Source: Nitrososphaeraceae archaeon (lineage in GTDB: Archaea; Thermoproteota; Nitrososphaeria; Nitrososphaerales; Nitrososphaeraceae). Taken from it: a stretch of DNA of 54,898 nucleotides. The stretch is from assembly GCA_044870765.1 (NCBI GenBank), contig JBIOZG010000022.1, positions 1-54,898 of the forward strand, read 5' to 3'. A program made the translations under genes and the position numbers. Shown piece by piece: positions 49,509-54,898 of the stretch (within the stretch, counting starts at the first letter, position 1; each line of letters opens with the position of its first letter). The notes under the pieces are model-generated. The model did not search any database. It saw only the letters and a list, made by a program, of their open reading frames with translations, and was not told where the DNA came from.

Positions 49509-50188
49509 GTGAGCTTTATTCCAGGATGCTTTATCTTGTTCTTTTTGGATGCATTTAATAACATTGGAGTAAGAACTTCTGCTTGATAACTAAGAGACAG
49601 TGATCCAAGGTAAAGCGGTCTTAGACCTTTTATTTCTGCTATCAACTGATTTAGTTTTGCAACGGCTTCCTGATCGTCACCACAAACAAACGTATCCGAA
49701 TCAAGACTTTCAGTGATATTTTTTAACTTGACTTCTGATATTGTATGAAATGCAGAAACAATTTTCTTGCCCGGAAGATTCTCGGCCAAAATATGTGCTG
49801 CAGATTTCATAGTTTTTTCAAATGGAATGTATGTAAAACCAAAATCATTTCTTTCCATAGGAACAATTGGGGAAACTATTATACAATCATTCTTTATTTC
49901 GTTAGAAATCGAATCACAAGTTAATTTTATAGATTCATAGGGTATTGATAGTATCAATATATCCGAATCTCTTGACGAAGAGATATAGTCAGCACCTTTT
50001 ATGGTACCTCTCGTACTATTTCCATAAGACGTTAATGCAGTATTCATGTACTGTTCTGCTGAATTGACAGCTTTTTGGGCATCGCGGGAACCAATAGTAA
50101 TATCGTGATTTACAACCCATCGAAGAGCAAAACCTTCTCCCATTCCACCGGTGCCACCAATTATTGAAATTTTCATATAATCTGTCAT
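49505..50188 (-). CDS. npdG: NADPH-dependent F420 reductase
   Basis: MKISIIGGTGGMGEGFALRW, IGSR, VSAFHTIS motifs. Confidence 0.9.
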   Translation of the reverse strand: MTDYMKISIIGGTGGMGEGFALRWVVNHDITIGSRDAQKAVNSAEQYMNTALTSYGNSTRGTIKGADYISSSRDSDILILSIPYESIKLTCDSISNEIKNDCIIVSPIVPMERNDFGFTYIPFEKTMKSAAHILAENLPGKKIVSAFHTISEVKLKNITESLDSDTFVCGDDQEAVAKLNQLIAEIKGLRPLYLGSLSLSYQAEVLTPMLLNASKKNKIKHPGIKLT

Positions 50189-50359
50189 AAAGTGTCGAGC
50201 ATACTAATTAAGGTTATAATTGATACTTTGTTGAACAAATTCATTGATTGATTTTTCCATTGTACTATAAATTAATGAATTGAACTATGAGAGACAAATT
50301 ACAGATTAAAGAAAACAAAAATTGGAAAAACAAATTTAAGACTTTGTATGTTAATTTGA

Positions 50360-50989
50360 ATGGTTTTGCCACTTATAGTTTTTGTACGTCACGGAGAAGC
50401 AGACAATAATGTCAAACGGCTACTTGTAGGTAGACACATAGAATCACATCTCACAGAATGTGGAATACATCAGGTTAAAGACACTGGCCAACATTTGAGA
50501 AAATTGAAAATCGATAAAGTATATGTTAGTCCGGTAACAAGAGCCGTTGAAACTGCCAAGATAATTTGTGAGATAAACCATTTAGAATATGAAACTGACG
50601 AAAGGTTATACGAAATTGAATTAGGTGATTTAGTTGGCATGAATTATGATGACGTTATAGAAAAGCACGGAAATCTTTTTTTGAAATTCTATACTGGCGA
50701 CGATCCAATTCTTGACAGTTACGGTATAGAAAGTTTTTCAGCGGTCAAAAAAAGAATCAAGAGTTTACTAGATGATTCTATGAAAAACTATCCTGACAAA
50801 AATCTGTTATTTGTAACTCACTTGGATCCAATCAAGGCAGCAATATCTATAATGTTAGGTCTTCCTCCGGAAAGCCTGTATGGATGGCACATCCGAAATG
50901 CATCAATGACTGTTCTAAAACATGAAAATAATACGCTTTCACTTTCAGGAGTTAATGTAATGGGCTTTCATAGATATATCGAGGAATGA
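50360..50989 (+). CDS. Histidine phosphatase family protein
   Basis: FVRHGEA, SPVTRAVETA, RLYEI.LG, FVTH motifs. Confidence 0.92.
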   Translation: MVLPLIVFVRHGEADNNVKRLLVGRHIESHLTECGIHQVKDTGQHLRKLKIDKVYVSPVTRAVETAKIICEINHLEYETDERLYEIELGDLVGMNYDDVIEKHGNLFLKFYTGDDPILDSYGIESFSAVKKRIKSLLDDSMKNYPDKNLLFVTHLDPIKAAISIMLGLPPESLYGWHIRNASMTVLKHENNTLSLSGVNVMGFHRYIEE

Positions 50990-51049
50990 AATTGATCAGA
51001 CTTGCAAAAACCTTAAATTAGATAAAGTAATGATTTCGGACAAGGAAAT

Positions 51050-51316
51050 TTGATGTCACCAAGATCAAATATATGGTTAATCCTTTTGTTGTTCTCACCA
51101 CTCGTTGTTATAGTTCTTTCATCATTTGACAATGTATTCGCACAAGAATCAGAAGAATTTGTTATCAGAAGAGTGGAAATTTGGGCATTATTTTACAGGC
51201 TAATGGTTGCAGCCTTTGTCGTTGGAGCTGTTGTTCAAGGTGCCATAGTCTACGTATGCTGGCGGTTTAGAGAATCACACAAGAAAAATAGGTTAAGAGA
51301 AATAGAGGGCGTATAA
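51050..51316 (+). CDS. Heme-copper oxidase subunit II N-terminal TM piece (split gene)
   Basis: Signal peptide, then IWALF...AFVVGAVVQGAIVYVCWRFR, like COX2 helix 1; 1 bp before coxB. Confidence 0.65.
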   Translation: MMSPRSNIWLILLLFSPLVVIVLSSFDNVFAQESEEFVIRRVEIWALFYRLMVAAFVVGAVVQGAIVYVCWRFRESHKKNRLREIEGV

Positions 51317-51317
51317 A

Positions 51318-52175
51318 ATGGGACATGCAACAATCGAATGGGTTTACGTTGGTGTTGTTATAGCCTTGCTTACGTGGGTGGGAGCCGAATCTTGGAATGT
51401 TGAAAGGTTAGTTGAGCATGTTCCAGCCGAAGCAGAAACAATCAAGGTAATCGGTCAGCAATGGTTTTGGACCTTTGAACATGAGGATGGTAAGAAGGAG
51501 ACAGGCCAGCTTCATGTAAAACAAGGAGTTCCGTACAAATTTGAGATTGTTTCAAAGGATGTTATTCATGATTTTAATGTGCCAGATTATACAATATTGA
51601 TGGACGCAGTTCCTGGAAGGGTAAATGTGGTCTGGAATCTTTTTGACGAGCCTGGCGAGTTTCCAATTCAATGCAGGGAATATTGCGGATTCGGTCACGC
51701 AACTATGAGAGGAAAATTATTTGTCGAACCACAAACTGCAGAAGCTGCTGAAAAACCAGCTGCAGGTCAAAATGCTACCACAGCACCAGCACCGGCACCA
51801 GCTCAAGGTCAAAATGCTACTACAGCTGCAGGTCAAAATGCTACTACATCTCAAGCACCCACTGCAGCAGGTCCACCTGGAGCCGCCTTGACAATATTAG
51901 AAGGATCTTCAGTACAAGGAAGTCCTGACTTTGATCCAGATACACTTACAGTAAAGAAAGGCGACAAGATAACAGTAACCAACAAAGATACTTTGCCACA
52001 TACTGTTACAAGTGGAACAGGACCAACCGATCCGAATAGCGCAAAACAATTTGATACAAGCATTATAGAACCTGGAGCAACAGCAGACATTGAGACTACC
52101 AACCTAACACCCGGAGACTATCCATTCCATTGTGCTGTTCATCCATACATGACAGGAAAACTTGTGGTACAGTAG
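51318..52175 (+). CDS. coxB: Heme-copper oxidase subunit II (CuA) with fused C-terminal blue-copper domain
   Basis: GQQWFW, DVIH, CREYCGFGHATM (CuA); A/P/T linker; PHTVTSG...FHCAVHPYM (type 1 Cu). Confidence 0.92.
   Translation: MGHATIEWVYVGVVIALLTWVGAESWNVERLVEHVPAEAETIKVIGQQWFWTFEHEDGKKETGQLHVKQGVPYKFEIVSKDVIHDFNVPDYTILMDAVPGRVNVVWNLFDEPGEFPIQCREYCGFGHATMRGKLFVEPQTAEAAEKPAAGQNATTAPAPAPAQGQNATTAAGQNATTSQAPTAAGPPGAALTILEGSSVQGSPDFDPDTLTVKKGDKITVTNKDTLPHTVTSGTGPTDPNSAKQFDTSIIEPGATADIETTNLTPGDYPFHCAVHPYMTGKLVVQ
51851..52175 (+). repeat. 325-bp direct repeat, copy 1
   Basis: 17 mismatches by hand count versus 54071-54395. Confidence 0.95.
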
Positions 52176-52279
52176 TTTAGCCATGACATATTATATTTCC
52201 ACTTCTGATAAAAACAGCCAAAATACTTTTATTGATAGAATGTTTGAAATAAGTTCAACTAAAAGAGGTAGTTAGAAAA

Positions 52280-53806
52280 TTGGTTTTAGAAGTTAAACAA
52301 CCACGTCCTATGTGGGAGATATTATTTTCCACGCATCATACTGATATTGGCTTGTTGTACATGATATCCTCAATAACAGCATTGATGCTCGGTGGGGCAC
52401 TTGCACTTGCCTTACGTGCAGAACTTTTCCTTCCCGGTTTACAAATTATACAGGATCCTACATCTTTTAACAGATTCTTTACCGTTCATGGGACCACAAT
52501 GCTCTTTTTGTGGGCTATTCCATTTGCTGCTGGTGTAGGAAATTACCTTATTCCACTCATGGTAAGGTACAAAGATATGGCATGGCCCAAACTAAACGCT
52601 GTTGCCTTTTGGATGATTCCTGTAGGGGCCGCTTTGGTATGGCTCGGATTCTCTGATACTGGTTGGACAGCTTATCCGCCATATTCTATTATAAGGGCAC
52701 CTGGTCCGGCCGCCGAAATGTGGATCTTTGGTTTAAAGATATTAGGAATATCATCGATACTTGGTTCGATTAACTTTATTGTGACAATTCTAAAGTGCAG
52801 ACATCCTGACTTGTCTATCATGAAGATGTCTCTTTTCGCATGGTCTATACTTTCAATATCATTCATGACAATAGTTGCAGTGCCAACATTTGCAGCATCC
52901 TTAATTATGCTTTATACAGATAGGCTTGGCATCTCAGGGTTCTTCAACCCAGCTATGGGTGGAGATCCAATTGCTTATCAGCACCTTTTCTGGTTTACAT
53001 TCCATCCGGAGGTATACATATTCTTGCTGCCAGCTGTGGGCATGCTATATGAAATAATACCCAAGTTCTCCAGAAAACCGCTGTTCAGCTATCAGTCTGG
53101 GGTCGCGGCTTTCGTGTTACTTGCATTAATAGGGTTCGCATCATGGGCACACCATATGTTTGCAACCGGCATGAGCTTCACAGAAAAAACAGTATTTATG
53201 GTAGGAACGTTGGCTGCCGTCCCGGCCTCATCAATGCATGTATTTAACTGGATTGCAACAATGTGGGGAGGCAGGATAAAGTTTGGAGCGCCAATGCTAT
53301 TTGGAGTAGGTGGAATCATGTTGTTCTTTGCTTCAGGAGCTGGTGGAGTAGTAAATACAGCACTACCACTTGATTTCATTACTCACGATAGTTACTGGGT
53401 TGTAGGTCACTTCCATCTTATACTGATGGGAACAGTCTCACTCACATTCACCGGATTCATATACTATTTGTTCCCATTGATCACAGGTAGAATGTATAAT
53501 GAAAGGGCAGCACAGGTACACTTTGTGTTGGCATTTGTCGGTGTAATCTTTGTCTTTATGACTCAGCATTTGTTAGGATTGCACGGTATGCCTAGAAGAG
53601 TAGCAGACTATGACGGAACCATACCAGGATGGCTTATAATGAATCAGATTGCAACGATAGGCGCATGGGTGGCTGGCTGGTCTTATGTTATCATGCTGGT
53701 TAACTTGATAAAATCTGCAGGAAGAGGCAAAGAAGCAGATGTAAAAGATCCGTTCCAAATTGGAGAAGAATATTATGACTACACACGACGAGAGCCCCAT
53801 CACTAG
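52280..53806 (+). CDS. coxA: Heme-copper oxidase subunit I (A-type)
   Basis: HGTTM, DMAWPKLN, HPEVY, WAHHMF, HFH and GMPRR motifs. Confidence 0.97.
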   Translation: MVLEVKQPRPMWEILFSTHHTDIGLLYMISSITALMLGGALALALRAELFLPGLQIIQDPTSFNRFFTVHGTTMLFLWAIPFAAGVGNYLIPLMVRYKDMAWPKLNAVAFWMIPVGAALVWLGFSDTGWTAYPPYSIIRAPGPAAEMWIFGLKILGISSILGSINFIVTILKCRHPDLSIMKMSLFAWSILSISFMTIVAVPTFAASLIMLYTDRLGISGFFNPAMGGDPIAYQHLFWFTFHPEVYIFLLPAVGMLYEIIPKFSRKPLFSYQSGVAAFVLLALIGFASWAHHMFATGMSFTEKTVFMVGTLAAVPASSMHVFNWIATMWGGRIKFGAPMLFGVGGIMLFFASGAGGVVNTALPLDFITHDSYWVVGHFHLILMGTVSLTFTGFIYYLFPLITGRMYNERAAQVHFVLAFVGVIFVFMTQHLLGLHGMPRRVADYDGTIPGWLIMNQIATIGAWVAGWSYVIMLVNLIKSAGRGKEADVKDPFQIGEEYYDYTRREPHH

Positions 53807-54395
53807 AACTAGTTCTAAGAGGATGGCCAAAGGCATCCTCATAGTAGTAATTACCCTAGCTTTTGGCGCTGCCATTATAGTACCTTTCTGGCAGACCATG
53901 ATTCATCATCCGCCAGTAGCATCAACACTCAAACACGAAGAAGCTCCACCCATAGCTACTGGTACTCAAACTAGTATCGGGACAGTTGATGGAGTTACAA
54001 AACAGCAGCAAAAAAGTAGTGCAAACGCAAATGCTACTGCCGGCAATCAGACTTCCACAGCAGCACCGGCTCAAGCACCCACTGCAGCAGGTCCACCCGG
54101 AACCCCATTGACAATACTACAAGGATCTTCAGTACAAGGAAGTCCTGACTTTGATCCAGATACACTTACAGTAAAGAAAGGCGACAAGATAACAGTAACT
54201 AACAAAGATACTTTGCCACATACTGTTACAAGTGGAACAGGACCAACTGATCCGAATAGCGCAAAACAATTTGATACAAGCATTATAGAACCTGGAGCAA
54301 CAGCAGACATTGAGACTACCAACATTACTCCCGGAAACTATCCATTCCATTGTGCTATCCATCCATACATGACTGGAAAAGTTGTAGTACAGTAG
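53775..54395 (+). CDS. Membrane-anchored blue (type 1) copper protein
   Basis: TM helix, low-complexity linker, PHTVTSG...FHCAIHPYMTG. Confidence 0.9.
   Translation: MTTHDESPITRTSSKRMAKGILIVVITLAFGAAIIVPFWQTMIHHPPVASTLKHEEAPPIATGTQTSIGTVDGVTKQQQKSSANANATAGNQTSTAAPAQAPTAAGPPGTPLTILQGSSVQGSPDFDPDTLTVKKGDKITVTNKDTLPHTVTSGTGPTDPNSAKQFDTSIIEPGATADIETTNITPGNYPFHCAIHPYMTGKVVVQ
54071..54395 (+). repeat. 325-bp direct repeat, copy 2
   Basis: Offset exactly 2220 bp from copy 1, no indels. Confidence 0.95.
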
Positions 54396-54464
54396 TCATG
54401 AAATTAAAAGTCGGATTCAATCCATAAAAGGCATGATAATAGTCCAGCAATAGTATTATATGAA

Positions 54465-54898
54465 ATGCTCCTGACAAGACTTTCCTTTTCTACATTATCC
54501 ATATTATTTGCCCTAATCTTTATCGGAGGTTACGTTAGTTCGTCTGGAGTGGGACTGAGCTGTCCTGAATGGCCCTTATGTCCTGCAGGTCTTGTGCCAA
54601 TGAGAGATTTTATTATTGAATATTTTCATAGAACTGTTGCTGCTACCACCGGCATAATGGTATTTGTAACCATGTTTTTTACTTTAAGATCACAGGAAAC
54701 TAAAAGAAGTACAAAAATTGCATCAATAATTGCAGCAGCATTAGTAGTGGCCCAAATTACTCTGGGGGCGTTTGTAATAGTTGAAAAATTACACGCGGTA
54801 CTTGTAACTATGCACCTGGGAATGGGATTAATTCTATTTATTATGATACTTACGATAACGCTAGACACACATCAACTTTCAAAAAGCCGGTTGCAAAA
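54465..54898 (+). CDS. ctaA: Heme A synthase COX15/CtaA family (runs off window end; not in ORF track)
   Basis: Manual translation MLLTRLSF...IGGYVSSSGVGLSCPEWPLC...IEYFHR...QITLGA...H. Confidence 0.88.
   Translation, partial: MLLTRLSFSTLSILFALIFIGGYVSSSGVGLSCPEWPLCPAGLVPMRDFIIEYFHRTVAATTGIMVFVTMFFTLRSQETKRSTKIASIIAAALVVAQITLGAFVIVEKLHAVLVTMHLGMGLILFIMILTITLDTHQLSKSRLQ

Noticed and set aside
54626-54868. Minus-strand 80-aa ORF and other short antisense ORFs inside cox, ligD, MFS, cyclase and lhgO-like genes
   Set aside because: Shadows of well-supported genes on the opposite strand (here ctaA).

Overview
AT-rich (roughly one-third GC by eye) archaeal chromosome segment, most consistent with a soil ammonia-oxidising archaeon (Nitrososphaerota/Thaumarchaeota, Nitrososphaeraceae-like). 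The evidence is Alba, RadA, Trm112, F420 enzymes, PsbP-like proteins, blue-copper proteins and the thaumarchaeal cox operon. Housekeeping blocks lie at about 0.6-10.1 kb and 40.6-54.9 kb. They flank a ~30 kb accessory-looking stretch that ends at the 3' end of tRNA-Pro(CGG). I saw no integrase, transposase, CRISPR array or rRNA. The strongest leads are: (1) a cytoplasmic cupredoxin fused to a catalytically intact class III adenylate cyclase, divergent from an unannotated Cys/His-rich microprotein and followed by an MFS transporter, a candidate copper/redox-to-cAMP module; (2) cytochrome oxidase subunit II carrying a tethered blue-copper domain that is ~95% identical in DNA to the cupredoxin gene on the other side of coxA, a copper analogue of caa3; (3) a KAP NTPase-pentapeptide repeat fusion with recently expanded repeats; (4) a three-domain LigD with no Ku in the window, together with many short tandem duplications; (5) several Cys/His microproteins that the ORF track missed; (6) an OST3/OST6-like membrane protein. 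All calls come from reading motifs by eye. No database search or computation was run.
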